Position numbers and translations under genes: made by a program
From: Somniosus microcephalus
Taxonomy: Eukaryota
DNA: 64,000 bases
Reading direction: 5' to 3'
Assembly (NCBI GenBank): GCA_052327205.1
Contig: CM126204.1
Span: forward strand, 352,842,001 to 352,906,000
The notes under the pieces: model-generated
Database searches by the model: none
Told to the model about the DNA's origin: nothing
What the model saw: only the letters and a program-made list of their open reading frames with translations
Shown here: positions 13,159 to 26,849 of the stretch, in pieces
Position numbering within the stretch: position 1 is the first letter of the stretch
How the letters are laid out: each line of letters begins with the position of its first letter

Positions 13159-14081
13159 GGGGAAAAATTGGGTTGGTTTGCGCCTCCCCGGGGGGCACCA
13201 ACGGGGCACAAATCCCCTAGTGCCTGGGCGCGCGCCACTGACGCCGCCCGCGAAATTCAGCGGGAGGTTAGCGACAGCGGTAGCCGGTAGTGCCCTGTGC
13301 CGCTGTGCCGTCGGCGATGACATCATCGCTGTTCGCAGCACCCCGGCTGCAAACGTCCCTTGCACCCCCTGACCTATCGCCGCACGATATGTGCGACAGG
13401 ATCAGGGGGGTGTTTTTGCAGCAGCGGCGGCGCAAGTTAAAGGGAAGGTGTCGGGCGGCCATTTTTATTTTGGCTGACTGCCAGCACCTGCCCCCTTTTG
13501 CTTTTGTATTCTGGGGCAGCCAGCTGCGATCACTCAGCCCGGCACTCCTCTTGAGTGCCAGGCTGTTTTCACGGCCCCCACGCTCCACGGTGGTCCAGTA
13601 GGGCCCCAGTGCGCACAGCACTAGGTCCCTCCTCTTTAATCAGGAGAGGAGGCCTGCAATGACGCAGCGCTGCGTAGCGCCGTGAAATTCAGTAGTAGCG
13701 CCCCAAGCAGGAGGGGGAGCGCTTTCCAGTAATGTCCCACCCCCTGCTTGGGGCACTACCACTGAATTTATGGCGGGGGGGGTGCTAATTTTTTCGGGGC
13801 GCTAAAATTAGTGCCCGGCGATGTTAGCACCCCAAAATGGGTGCTGTCATGAATCTTATCATGACTCATGAGGTAACACTGGGCGGCCAGCTGGTGGCGC
13901 CGTCCAAGGAGTATAAATACTCGGGTGTGGGCCCAGCTTGCTCAGGATGTTTCTGTAACCAGGAACTAGTGATGTAACTAGAATCTCATGGTTATGAAAC
14001 AGTTGATTAAAGCCTTGTTTTATACTCAAACCAAGCGCTCAGTAGTCTCTTTACATCAGGCGCCATCCAATTTTTTCCCCC
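13159..14081. mobile_element. GC-rich MITE related to 11992-12691, carrying a solo LTR
   Basis: Ends ggggaaaaattgg / ccaattttttccccc with aaa flanks; internal aaattcag/ctgaattt motifs and gatgacatcatc palindrome. Confidence 0.7.
13845..14058 (+). mobile_element. Solo LTR (family X, copy 2)
   Basis: TG...CA; TSD ggtgc/ggcgc; gagtataaatactcggg and gattaaagcc motifs. Confidence 0.8.
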
Positions 14082-14349
14082 AAAATGCCTTCAGCTCCAA
14101 GGGGGGGCCATCCACCGCCCAGGGAATGATCACTTCTCCCGCCGCAGCTTCTGGGACCTTTATTGTAATTGTCAAATTCACTCCCCAGATGTCCAACTAC
14201 AGCTAAGCTCTATCGCTGCTGTAAGAGCTATTAGCGCAGTGTTATGAGTCATTTCCACAGCATTTTAACAACAGGTGGGAGCATCCGCAGAATGAAATGG
14301 GGGTTGTAAACGAAGAAGAACAAAATGTGTACAGGCTGAGGATGCACTA

Positions 14350-14822
14350 GAAACATAGAAGATAGGAGCAGGAGTAGGCCATTTCGCCCTCGAGCCTGCT
14401 CCGCCATTCAATGCGATCATGGCTGATCATCCAAATTCAGTACCCTGTCCCTGCCTTCTCCCCATATCCCTTGATCCCTTTAGCCTTAAGAAATATATCC
14501 AACTCCTTCTTGAATATATTTAATGAATTGGCCTCTACTGCCTTCTGTGGTAGAGAATTTCACAGGTTCACCACTCTCTGGGTGAAGAAATTCCTCCTCA
14601 TCTCTGTCCTAAATGGCTTACCCCTTATCCTTAGACTGTGACCCCTGGTTCTGGACTCCCCGACCATTGGGAACATCCTTCCTGCATCTAGTCTGTCTAG
14701 TCCTGTCAGAATTTTATAAGTTTCAATAAGATTCCCTCTCATTCTTCTAAACTCCAGCGAGTATAAGCCCAATCGTCCCAATCTCTCCTCATACGTCATT
14801 CCCGCCATCCCAGGTATCAGCC
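14350..14822 (-). mobile_element. CR1 LINE 3' fragment
   Basis: Nearly identical to 3300-3770; ORF 14560..14808. Confidence 0.9.
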
Positions 14823-14889
14823 TTACCTGAGGAGCAGTGAGAGTTTAAAGTCCAGCTGACGAGAGAGGCGGTCACTATGATACGATAGC

Positions 14890-15365
14890 AAAAGTACTGC
14901 GGATGCTAGAAGTCCGAAATAACAACAGAAAACGCTGAAGAAACTCAGCAGGCCAGGGCAGCATCCGTGGAGAGAGAAACAGAGCCAACGTTTCGGGTCG
15001 AAACCCGTCTACAGAACTGAGGAAAAAAAGGCAGGAAATGAAACAGATTAAAAGGCAGTTTGGGGGCTGGGAAATGGGGGAGGGGATGAAAGAAGAGACA
15101 TTAAGAGATATTCAAGGTGAGACGAGATGGTAATAGGACAGGTAAAGAAACAAACAATGGCTCTCGATGAAGTGTGAAATGCGCTGGCAGAGTGAGAGAC
15201 AGCTGCCATGTGGGAGAGAAAAAAAAGAAAGGCACAAACCAAAAGTGTGGATAAAAAATATAAAAATGTAATTGGGGCAGAGGTTATGATCTGAAATTGT
15301 TGAACTCGATATTGAGCCCGGAAGGCTGTAAAGTGTCTAATCGGAAGATGAGGTGCTGTTCCTCG
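14890..15365 (-). mobile_element. Penelope-like element 3' fragment
   Basis: Minus strand encodes the ...EEQHLIFRL..LQPSGLNIEF GIY-YIG C-terminus plus pLTR, as at 34770-35440. Confidence 0.75.
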
Positions 15366-15399
15366 AGTCACTAGGATATGTTCTGCAGCTGAAAATAGC

Positions 15400-15760
15400 C
15401 ATTCATTTCCATGTTGCAGGCTCGTTCCAGGCACCTGGAGGAGACGACAGTGACACTGTTCAAGGCACCATGTCCGTCTGTATTCAAGAGGTGACAGATG
15501 CACTGTTCTGAAAGGCTGGCAGGTACATCCATTTTTTCTTAAAGCGCAGAGAAATAGTGTGCCACTTGGCAAAGTTTTATGCCGCTGATCTTTCCCAGAG
15601 TTTTGGTAGTCCATACCCCTACAGAGACACACCTGTCGTCGGTCAATCCAGTGGCACATACCAACCACAAGGCCTTCCATTCCCTCAACTGGTGGATGCC
15701 TAGAACATTTTCTGATGTGACTGCACATGACCATTTTATCTGCAGACCCTTGTGCGCCTG
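15400..15760 (+). pseudogene. Degenerate Harbinger/HARBI1-like transposase fragment
   Basis: Translates ...AGSFQAPGGD...QGTMSVCIQEVTDALF*KAGRYIHF...FPRVL...NHKAFHSLN, resembling HARBI1-family GSFQ..CI.EVT.AL / FP.V / NRKG.HSLN motifs. Confidence 0.6.
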
Positions 15761-16799
15761 ATTTATTTGAATTGGATCATCATTGACAGGGCTGGCTTTT
15801 GGTGGAAATGCGTGCGTGGCCTGAAACCATAAAGCTCGACTTCTTTGCGCCAGCTGAGTATTCATGCAGCCAAGCACAGCACAACTGCATGATTTATGTG
15901 CATAACTCCATCATTTGGTTTGCAGACGCAGTAGCCTAGCAATTCGGCCGCGCAGCACCCAGTTTTTTGTCAGGTGGGAAACGGCCTCCAATGCCTCCAA
16001 TATGGCGGGCAGGAGCCCCAGGCTCATTACGAACTGGAAGTGCTCCGCCCGCCATATTGGTAAAGGCCAAAATAATCTGCCTGCATTGCCCGCACCTGAA
16101 ACAGGCCCTTTGCATATGCAAAAAAAAAAGGGGCCTAACGCCTATTGACGCCCCCCCTGCAAGATTGGTTTGCCCTGAGGAAGCCGGCACCAGCTGCACT
16201 CAGGTAAGCCAGGTCTGCAGGCGGCCTTACAGGCAGTCCCTAAAGGGACAACTCCGGGCCGCAAGCAACAAGTTGTGGTTTTTAAAATATGCTTACATGA
16301 ATCTAGAGCTGGTGGGGAGCAGGAGTGCATCTGGCACTTGCTAACTTTACTTCTGAAATGAATTAATATATTAAGCGCTTGTTTTGGGGATACTCAAGGT
16401 TCCACCCGCTTAACTTTCCCATACGACACTCTGCTCCATGGTAAAGTTTCCAGACTTTTCGAAAAAATGTTTCATATAAGGACATTTGCTCACACAACAG
16501 TCCTTGCAGTTGATAAGCAATTCATTCTGTGAAGCACTTTGAGATAATATACAAATGCAAATATTATTTATTTAAGTACATTTACTCTGTAGCGTTGTTT
16601 AGATTAAGTTACTTCCAACTTCAGCTGGTACTGCTTTGTGTCATCATGTCCAATCTGTTTAAAAGAGTGACCTTACTGCATTACTACAAAAGGAAAGATT
16701 TAGAGGAAGCATAAACATGATGTGCAAATATTACCTTTGCTATGCTGAGTACGGCAACATCAGCTCACCCAGGACTCCGAGGGCACGAGCTCTGTGAAC

Positions 16800-19700
16800 A
16801 CTCTGGGAGGGGGAGGGTGAACAGCCAGAGGTCGTGGTCCATATCGGCACCAACGACATAGGTGGAAAGAGGGATGAGGTCCTGCAGGCAGATTTTAGGG
16901 AGCTAGGAGGCAGAGTAAATAGCAGGACCTCAAAGGTAGTGATCTCCAGATTACTCCCGGTGCCACGCGCGAGTGAGTATAGAAATAGGAGGATAGAGCA
17001 GATGAATGTGTGGCTGGAGAGATGGTGCAGGAGGGAGGGCTTTAGATTCCTGGGGCATTGGGACCGGTTCTGGGGGAGGTGGGACCAATACAGGCCGGAC
17101 GGGTTGCACCTCAACAGAGCCGGTACCAATATCCTCGTGGGGAAGTTTGCTAGTGCTGTTGGAGATGGTTTAAACTAAGTTGGCAGGGGATGGGCACCAG
17201 GATGTAGCATTAGAAATGAGAAACAAAGGGCATAAGGGATTGGGAGAGACGGATAGCACTAGAGTAATAAATAGTGAGGTATTAGGTGGAGTCAGACTAA
17301 TAGAGAACACAGGATAGTCTAAGATGGGTTTACAGTGTATGTATGTCAACACACGAAGCATAGTAAACAAGGTAAGTGAGCTGCAGGCACAAATAGCCAC
17401 GGGGATATGATGTTATGGCAATAACAGAGACCTGGCTCAAAAAAGTGCAGGATTGGGTATTAAAAATTCCTGGATATAAGATGTTCAGGAAAGATAGGGA
17501 AGGAAAGATAGGAGGTGGTGTGGCAGTATTGGTTAAAGAGAACGTTACAGTGCTGGAGAGAGAGGATGTCCTGGAGGGGTCAAGGACAGAATCTATATGG
17601 CTAGAGTTAAGAAATAATAGAGGTGCCATTACACTACTAGGTGTATTCTATAGGCCACCAACTGTGGGAAAAATATAGAGGAGCAAATTTGCAGAGAAAT
17701 TACAGAGAGATGCACGAACTATAGAGTAGTAATAATGGGGGACTTCAACGATCCTAATATAGGCTGGGATAGTAAAAGTATAGTGAGAAGGAAGAATTTC
17801 TGAAGTGTGTTCAGGAGAACTTTCTTGATCAGTATGTTTCTGGCCTGATGAGGGAGGAGGCATTGCTAGATCTGGTTCTGGGGAATGAGGTAGGTCAAGT
17901 GGAGCAAGTGTCAGTAGGTGAACATTTAGAGAACAGTGATCATAGTATCATAAGGTTTAGATTAGCTATGGAAAAGGACAGGGAGCAATCTAGAGTAAAA
18001 GTACTTGATTGGAGGAAGGCCAATTTCAGTGGGATGGGAACGGATCTGGCCTGGGTAAATTGGAATCAAAGATTGGCAGGCAAAACTGTAATGGAACAAT
18101 GGGCTACCTTTAAAGAGGAAATAGTTCGGGTACAGTCAAGGTACATTCCCACGAGGGGGAAAGGTAAGACAACTAAAGTAAGAGCTCACTGGATTACGAA
18201 AAAGATAGAGAGTAAGATGAAGCAGTAAAAGAGTGCGTATGACAGATGTCAGGTCGAGAATACATCTGAGAATCAGGCTAAATATAGAAAGTTCAGAGAA
18301 GTGAAAAAAGAAAATAAGAGGGGCAAAGAGAGGGTATGAGACTAGAATGGCAGCTAACATAAAAGGTACTCCAAAAGTCTTCTATAAGCATATTGTGGTA
18401 AACCACTGTTTGTATTCCTGTTTGTCCTGTTTGTATTCCACTGTGTACATGCCTGGACATGCCTCGGCTGACTCCTCCCACAGGTCCTAGTATAAAGGTG
18501 ATTGCTCCCCAGCCCTTTGTATCCTGGACCGGTCGACCACTCGAGGCAGACCTCCATTCTTTTGTTAATAAAAGCCTTTAGTTACTCTTCTAACTCTCAG
18601 TCTTTTATGAGTAATTGATAGCGCATCACATATAAATAGTAAACAGGCAGTAAGAGGAGGGGTGGGGCCGATTAGGGACCAAAAAGGAGACCTATGCATG
18701 GAGGCAGAGGGTATGGCTGAGGTACTAAATGAGTACTTTGCATCTGTCTTCACCAAGGAAGAGGATGCTGCCATAGACATTGTGAAGGAGGAGGTAGAGG
18801 AGATACTGAATGGGCTAAAATTGATAAAGAGGAGGTACTGGAAAGACTGGCTGTACTTAAAGTAGATAAGTCACCAGGACCAGATGGGATGCATCCTAGG
18901 ATGCTGAGCGAACTGAAGGAAGAAATCGCGGAGGTACTGGCCATAATCTTCCCAGCCTCCTTAGAAACGGGGCTGGTGCCAGAGGATTGGAGAATTGCAA
19001 ATGTTACACCATTATTCAAAAAAGGGTGTAAAGATAAACCCAGCAACTACAGGCCAGTCAGTTTAACCTCGGTAGTGGGGAAGCATTTAGAAACAATAAT
19101 CAGGGACAAAATTAACAGTCACTTGGTTGGTGTGGGTTAATTAAGGAAAGCCAGCACGGATTTGTTAAAGGCAAATCGTGTTTAACCAACTTGATGAGGG
19201 CAATGCGGTGTACATGGATTTCCAAAAGGTATTTGACAAAGTGCCACATAATAGGTTTGCCAGCAAAGTTGAAGCCCATGGAATAAAAGGGACAGTGGCA
19301 GCATGGATACGGAATTGGCTAAGTGACAGGAAACAGAGAGTAGTGGTGAACGGTTGTTTTTCAGACAGGAGGAAGATACACAGTGGTGTTCCCCAGGGGT
19401 CGGTTCTAGGACCACTGCCTTTCTTGATATATATTAATGACTTGGATGTGGGTGTACAGGGCATCATTTCAAAATTTGCAGATGACACAAAACTTGGAAG
19501 TATAGTGAACAGTGACGAGGATAGTGATAGACTTCAAGAGGACATAGACAGGCTGGTGGAATGGGCAGACATGTGGAAGATGAAATTTAACACAGAAAAG
19601 TGCAAAGTGATACATTTTGGTACAAAGAATGAGGAGAGGAAATATAAAATTAAGGGTACAATCCTAAAGGGGGTGCATGACCAGAGAGACCGAGGGGTAT

Positions 19701-20385
19701 ATGTGCACAAATCGCTGAAGGAGGCAGGGCAGGCTGAAAATCAGTTAAAAAAGCATACGGGATCCTGGGCTTCACGAATAGAGGTATAGAGTAGAAAAGT
19801 GTAGAAATTATGATGAACCTTTATAAAACACTGGTTCGGCCTCAACTGGAGTATTGTGTCCAATTCTGGGCACCGCACTTTAGGAAGGATGTGACGGCCT
19901 TAGAGTGGGTGCAGAAAAGATTTACGAGAATGATTCCAGGGATGAGGGGCTTCAATTACGTGGCTAGACTGGAGAAGCTGGGCTTGTTCTCTTTAGAGCA
20001 GAGAAGATTGAGAGGAGATTTGATAGAGGTGTTCAAAATCATGAGGGGTCTAGACAGAGTAGAGGGAAACTGTTCCCATTGGCAGAAGGGTCGAGAACCA
20101 GAGGACACAGATTTAAGATGATTGGCAAAAGAACCAAAGGTGACATGAGGGAAAACTTTTTTACGCAGTTAGGATCTGGAATGCACTGCCTGAAAGGGTG
20201 GTGGAGGCAGACTCAATCGCAGCTTTCAAAAGGGAATTGGATAAGTAGTTAAAGGGAAAAAAATTGCAGGGCTACGGGGAAAGGGCGGGGGAGTGGGACT
20301 AGCTGAAGTGCTCTTGCAGAGAGCCGGCACCGGCTCGACGGGCCGAATGGCCTCCTTCTGTGCTGTAACCATTCTATGATTCTAA
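16800..20385 (+). mobile_element. Near-full-length CR1 LINE (ORF1 SGNH esterase domain + ORF2 EN/RT, disrupted)
   Basis: 16834..17178 VHIGTNDIG...DGLHLN (esterase); AITETW, GGGVAVLVK, MDFQKVFDKVPH, VPQGSVLGP, KFADD; 3' (attctatg) tail at ~20370. Confidence 0.92.
18394..18628 (+). mobile_element. Solo LTR (family Y) inserted in CR1 ORF2
   Basis: TG...CA, exact 5-bp TSD catat, TATAAA at ~18491 and AATAAA at ~18567. Confidence 0.8.
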
Positions 20386-20695
20386 GGAACAAAGTCAATC
20401 CCATAAAAAAACTCTATTAATTTATAACAGGACCTAGACATTAGGAACCATCCATAACAAGAATAATTTTAGCCAGTGCTGACAAGATGTTACAAATTAT
20501 ACTAATTTAGGGATATACATTGGAGCGGTTAAGTTTATGAGGCAATAAATGACTCCCGCTCACTATATAAATTATGAAGCTGCAGCCCAACCAGCATTGC
20601 CAAGGAATATGGCAAATCCAAGACATATATCTGGATAGCTTCATGAGAAAGAACATTTTTGGAGGCTTTTTGTTCTTTCTTAATTTTGTAAACTT

Positions 20696-20924
20696 TGTCA
20701 TAAATCGCAACTTCTACAAGAAGTAACTTTGGAAGTACTACTGAACGGCCAGCTGAGGACGCCGTCCGAGGAGTATAAATACTCAGGCGTGGGCCCACCT
20801 TGACCAGAGACAATCTGGAAACAGGAAGCTAGTGACTACTAACTAGACCTCCATGTTTTCTTACAAGCCGATTAAAGCCTTGCTTTATGTACAACCAAGT
20901 GCGTAGTGAGTCGTTAATACGTCA
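20696..20924 (+). mobile_element. Solo LTR (family X, copy 3)
   Basis: TG...CA; exact TSD aactt; gagtataaatactc and gattaaagcc motifs. Confidence 0.85.
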
Positions 20925-22254
20925 AACTTGTTCCACTGTTTTTTTTAATTTTCATTTTGTATCCAAAGATCTCCCAAGCTCTACCTTACTCGAACTCCAA
21001 GTTGTTCAGAACTCTGCAGCTTGTAGACTGTCCTGCACTAAGTCCCACGGTCCTATTACTCTTGTTGATGCAGGCCCATACTTGTTCCTGGAACGCATTG
21101 ACTTTAAAATGCTTGGGGTAGAAACTGGTTCGAGTTTTGTCCATGTTTCTGGTGTAAAACGGGTTTCCATCCACTTGTGTTCATTTCAGATCTCCTCATG
21201 AACTCACCACACCCTATCTCAGCACTCTCCGCCAACTCTGTATCCCTACGAGCACCCTCTGCTCTTCTGACTCTGGTTTATTGTCCATCTAACCACCCCC
21301 CCCGCCCTACCATTCCCCCCCGCCGGCCCAACCAACCCTCCACTCTGCTCCATCATTGGTGGCAGACTGTTCAGCCACCCGGCTCCTGCATTCTCGAATT
21401 CTGTTCCTAGGCTCTTCCGCCTTGCTATCTTTCTCCCCACCTTCACCAGGTTCCTGAAAAAACAGCGGAGGTCCCTCAGTACTGCACTGAACTGTCAGCT
21501 CAGATTATGTGCTCAAGTCTCTGGACAGTCGAGGGATACCATTCAACCCACTTATCGTCCACTCCATAGTTACCCACTATGGAGGTGGAGGCTGATCGTT
21601 CTGGAATACTGCTAATGCTTGGTGCTAGACCAGCAAGGATCAGAACCCTGGCCTACCAGAGGGCTATGATGAGTAGACCACCAATAAATGGGTAGTTCCC
21701 CCTGCAGCAGCAGCAGCAGGTAATGAAAAAACACACCAGCGCATGCCCTCACTGTTGTGGCACTGACCGCTGGTGGCAGCCATTGTGCCGCCTGCAGTAA
21801 TGGCGGGCAGCTGATGGCAGCACATGTAAAATGGGAACACGCACGTGAGCTCCTGTCCAGTGTCATCTGCCAGCATAGGTTCAAAACTGGTAATAGGCAG
21901 TGTCACAAAAACATATTTTAAATTGAACCCAATGAATACAGTGTGGTATTGTGCAACAATGCCTCCATCGCCACTCAGGGCATCAATTAACCACTGAAGT
22001 TTTTGGTCAGAAAATTGAAAATAAGAATGATGTAACATAGAAAAATGCCTTTTTAAAAATTATCTACTGTATTTGGTGGAAAGTCAGGAGATGTCGTCAT
22101 GTTACAGGAAGCACGCATTTTATCCAGAGAGTGGTTAGATTGTGAAACTTTACCCAGAAAGTGGTCAGAATGTGGAACTCGCTACCACAAGGAGTAGTTG
22201 AGCCGAATAATGTAGATGTATTTAAGGGGAAGCTAGATAAGTACATGAGGGAGA

Positions 22255-22752
22255 AAGGTCATTTTAATTCACCGCTCCATTCCCACTCGGACCTCACCGT
22301 CCTTGGCCTCTTGTATTGTTCCACGGAAGCTCAACGTAAACTCGAGGAACAGCACCTCATCTTCTGATTAGGCACTCTGCAGCCTTCCGGACTCAATATC
22401 GAGTTCAACAATTTCAGATCATAACCTCGGCCCCTATTTCATTTTTTCTTGTAATTTTTCCACTCCTTTCCCCCCCCCCCCCTTTCCTTTTGTTTCTCTC
22501 TCACACCTGGCAGCTATCTCTTGCCCTGCCAGTACATTTTACACCTAATCTCAGCCTATTACCATCTCGTCTAGCTTCTAATCTCTTTTACTTCTTTTGT
22601 TTCTTTTATTCTTTTGTCCGATCGCGGCCCTGCCTTCGATCTAGTTTCTTTTCTTTCCAGTTTTGAAGAAGGGTTCGACCCGAAACGTCAACTCAAATTT
22701 CTCTCCACGGATGTTGCCTGACCTGCTGAGTTTTTCCAGCATTTTCTGTTGT
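22255..22752 (+). mobile_element. Penelope-like element 3' fragment
   Basis: HFNSPLHSHSDLTVLGLL...RKLEEQHLIF GIY-YIG C-terminus followed by pLTR. Confidence 0.8.
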
Positions 22753-22904
22753 TATTTAGAAGGATATGTTGATTGGGTGAGATGAAGCAGGGTGGTAGGA
22801 GGCTCTCGTGTGGAGCATAAACACCGGCTTCGACCACAGACTGGCCTGTTTCTGTGCTGTAAATTCTACCTCAGTGTACTTGTTAGCAATGACACACAAT
22901 GTTA

Positions 22905-23300
22905 GCCGTGCCTCAGAGGTTGGCACTCTTGCCTCTGAATCAGAAGGCTGTGGGTTCAAGTTCCACTCCAGAGACTTGAGCACATTATTCAGGCTGACAC
23001 TCCAGTGCAGTGCTGAGGGAGTGCTGCACTGTCGGAGGTGCCGTCTTTTGGATGTGACGTTTAACCGAGGCCCCGTCAGTCTCTCGGGTGGTCATACAAG
23101 ATCCCATGTCACTGTCTGAAGGAGAGCAAGGAAGTTCTCTTCGGTGTCCTGGCCAATATTTAACCCACAACCAACACCACTAAAACAGATTATCTGGTAA
23201 TTACTTCATTGCTGTTTGCGGGAGCTTGCTGTGCGCAAATTATCTGCACTTTGGGATGTCCTGAGGTCGTGAAAGGCACTATATAAATGCAAGTCTTTCT
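22905..23300 (+). mobile_element. Deu-domain SINE
   Basis: tRNA-like head (gggttcaagttcc B-box), ggaggtgccgtcttttggatg core, same tail as 9275-9716. Confidence 0.8.
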
Positions 23301-24373
23301 TTTTTCCTAAATTCCTCTGCTTTGACGCATTTCTCCCCACTTTCAAAAGCTTCCTCAAAAGATACCTATTTGTTGACACCGTCTCCCAACTCCTGCTCGA
23401 TATCCAGTCTCCCTTTTGTGAAGTACTTGGGATGTTTACCTCCATTAAAGATACCAAGGATGTTAGAAGATATGATTGTGCTGATCTATTTCACATACCA
23501 AAGGAGGTTGGTGCCTTGTGGACTCAGAACCTGCCATGCATCATATGGTCTCACCCGTAACTATGAAAAGCAGCCCGGTGTTGTGTCACAACTAGAGAGG
23601 TAATTAGAGGTAAATAGTTACGCAACCCCTGAGTTAAGGGAATCAAGACATATGGGGATAGGGGGATAGGGCAGGAAAGTGGAGTTCATGTAGAAGTTCA
23701 GCCATGATCTTATTGAAAGGCAGCGCAGGCTCGAGGGGCCGAATGGCCTACTCTTGCTCCTATTTCTTATGTTCTTATGTTCTTATAACAGACCAGTTTA
23801 AGTAGGAAAAGATTGTAGGTTAATCAAAAGAGTAAAACCACAGCGATATCATCCTTACAGTTCAAAGATGAGAAATTGAACATTTTAGAAAATGTGGTTA
23901 TTGCATCTAATGGTACTAACATTACAATATGGAATGTACACTTAGTGCTTGGCACAAGGATCACAGTGTGACTTTGAGAACAAGTAAAGACAGATTATGA
24001 TAGTGATAAGGATAAGGGGTCAGCCATTTAAGACTGAGATGAGGAAGAATTTCTTCACTCAGAGGGTTGTGAATCTTTGGAATTCTCTACCCCAAAGGGC
24101 TGTGGATGCTGAGACGTAGGAGTCAATTTTCGTTCAGGTGCGGGGAATTGGCGGTTTCCCCGAATTTGATGATTCTGACACGATTGTAAATGGGTCTGTG
24201 AGATTGATGCAAATTTAACACAATTGGCCAATTGATTTCCAGCGTGTGGGAAGCCTTGACAATTGAGTATTTCCAGTCAGAAAGTCGCAGAATATGACGT
24301 CATCATTGCTGCTGCTTTTAAGGTCCACAGCAAGCCTTGCTTCCTCTGCAGGCTTCCAACCTTCAACATTAAG

Positions 24374-26386
24374 ATGGTACAGGAGCCTGCAGGAGGAACG
24401 CCCAGCAGAAGGGCCAGATCTGCGCCCAAATTTGATGAGGCTTCACTACAGGCATTATTGGATGGTGCTAGCGCCCACAGGGAGGTCCTCTTCCCTTCTT
24501 CAGGGAGGAAGAGGCCTCCCAGCCAGACCAAGGCTGTGTGGCTAGAGGTGGCAGGTCAAGTCAACTCCTTGGGGCTAACACGAAGAACGTGGTAGCAGTG
24601 CAGGAAAAGATTCCATGACCTTCTTCTCACTGGAAAAGTAAGTACTGTATGATGTTTCCATCATCCTCAATCTGATCCCCATTGCCTTTCCTCACCAGTA
24701 CTCAGCTTTAGCAATCTCTTCCTGCACATCCCACTAGACACTCACACCCATGCACCCTTACCCATTCCCTCTCTCTCTATGCTCACATTCACAGAACTAT
24801 GCCACCATGCAGCCCTCACACTCCCTCTCACTCTGATGCTTTGAACACAACTGACAACACACAGGGAGGGCCCTTGGTATTGCAACCTCACTCCATCTTT
24901 GTCTCCTTCTAAATATCTATGCTATGCAATCTCTGCACTCACTCCTTCATTCTCACTCAACCTCCACTTGTCTCCCTCATTGCAGGAAAAGAGAGCTCAC
25001 AACAGGAGAGAGCGAGCCAGGACAGGAGGAGGGTCGCCCTCATTAGCCCACCTCGCCCCCTGGGAGGAAGGCGTGCTGCAGATTGCCAGGGCTGACCGAG
25101 ATGTGGACGTTGGGGAAGGACAGGCAGGAGCATCCCCGCAAGCTGGTGACAGAATAGTTTTCCATCCCTCTCATTGGCATTGCATGAGTCGCTGATAATG
25201 ATTCTGAAGCTACATCATATGGACTTATGATCATCTGCAAAATGCAATGTGCATGTAACCTTGGCATCACATCTCTAACTTTTTCCTTGACTCCCCCACA
25301 GGACCATCGAGAGCCCCCGTCCCCAGTGTGCAGGAGGAAGAGCCTGAGCAGCCGGACTCCTCAGTGGAATCTGCAACCTCTGAGGGCGCAACGTCATCAG
25401 AAATAAGCGCACCCAGCACCAGCTCAGACACTCACACCTTGGTGGGACCTTCGGGACATAGAGTAGAGTTGTCACCTGGTGTATCACAGCTCACAAGTGA
25501 GCATCAGCAGATTGTGGAGACAGGGGCAGCAGTGGAGAGTCCTCGTCGGAGGGCGCAGGACTCTGCCAGCTCGGCTCAGCTGCATGTCGACCCTCTGCCT
25601 CTGGGTCCATCCGTAAGATCAGAGGTGATGGAACTCCAGGCACAGATGCGGGAGACTCTGTCAGGTTTTGTCTCTAGGGTCGCTGCGAGTGTGGAGCGAA
25701 TGGAGGAGTCCATTGCGAACATGAGCAGAGCCTTTGTAGAGTCATTGGCGCATGAACGCATCAACATGAAAAGGATGGCTACCTACATGGAAATGATTGT
25801 TCCCTCTGTGGTAAGGCTGGCTACGGTAGAGGAGAGGAGGGCTATGGCCATGGAGGAGGTTAGTCGCCAGGGTATGGAAAACATGATGAGTGTTCAGAAT
25901 AGAATGACATCTCTTGAGGAGCGATGGGCATCTATTGAACAGAGAAATCAGACCTTCATGGAAGTCCTTCTGAGTAGGACTGCCATTGCAGATATGGGTC
26001 CCCATGGCCCCCCTGATGTGCAGCAAGGTGCTCTCAAGCCACTTGAAGGCACTGAGGGGGACCTGACCCATGAGAGGGAGGTTGGTGGCAGACCTCAAGG
26101 AAGTGGGGGCTCCTCTCCAAGTGCTCACACTTCCATGCCACTGCAGAGCCCTCGGCCAGAGCTCCGCCGGAGCACACACCCAATGGAGATAGAGGTCTCA
26201 ACACCTGCACAGCCGCAGGAGCAGCAGACTGCTGGCGAGCCCTCACAGGCTCGCCATCCCAGAGGACGCCCGCCAAAGGTGTCGAGACAGGAGCAGCAGG
26301 AAAGTGAGCAAGGGGCCTCCACATCTGCTGAAGCCACAGGGGAACCACTACGTAGGAGCACGCATAAGAGGAAAATAAAGCACTAA
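24374..26386 (+). pseudogene. Harbinger Myb/SANT-like (NAIF1/MSANTD-type) DNA-binding protein, 3 exons (24374-24637, 24986-25145, 25302-26386), one nonsense codon
   Basis: APKFDEASLQALL...WLEVAGQVNSLGLTRRTW*QCRKRFHDL; GT/AG splice sites give an in-frame join to EKRAHNRRERARTGGG and to the 352-aa ORF; TAG at 24593-24595. Confidence 0.8.
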
Positions 26387-26849
26387 TAGTCACAAGGGTA
26401 GTCACTTGGGTGAAATGTGTTTATTTTAAAAATGCCATCAGTTGGTTATTGTAAATAAAATTTCTGATGGCAACTTCTGCATTTGTGGCATGTGTCATTT
26501 TGCGAATAGGGCTGGAGGTCCTCTAATGTCCAGATGGGAAGGAAATAAATGGCTCCCATGCTTCTGGTAGATCCCTCAGTTGAGGAAGCGCTGAGTGAGG
26601 GTGGCGAGAGGGGTCTCGCAGGAGGTCACACTGGAGATGGGTGTCAGGCTCCAAACTTCCACAGCTGTGGTTATGCTTTCTAAAAGTTCTCCCAGACCTG
26701 AGACAACAAAGTCCTGCCATCTGCAAATGATGACTGATCAAATATCCTTTTTAATGTTGGACCTGCAGCTGATAGTCAGCAAGCCAATAGTCTTCACGCC
26801 AGGTTTCACAGGCGTCATCCCCACCAGGTGCGTTTTATGTGGGACAGCT

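Noticed and set aside
12023-13621. Overlapping GC-rich ORFs or a CpG-island promoter
   Set aside because: They lie inside TIR-bounded MITEs with a paralog at 41860-42557; the ORFs reflect low stop frequency.
15400-15760. Domesticated HARBI1 gene
   Set aside because: Contains a stop and frameshifts and is partial; a transposase fossil.
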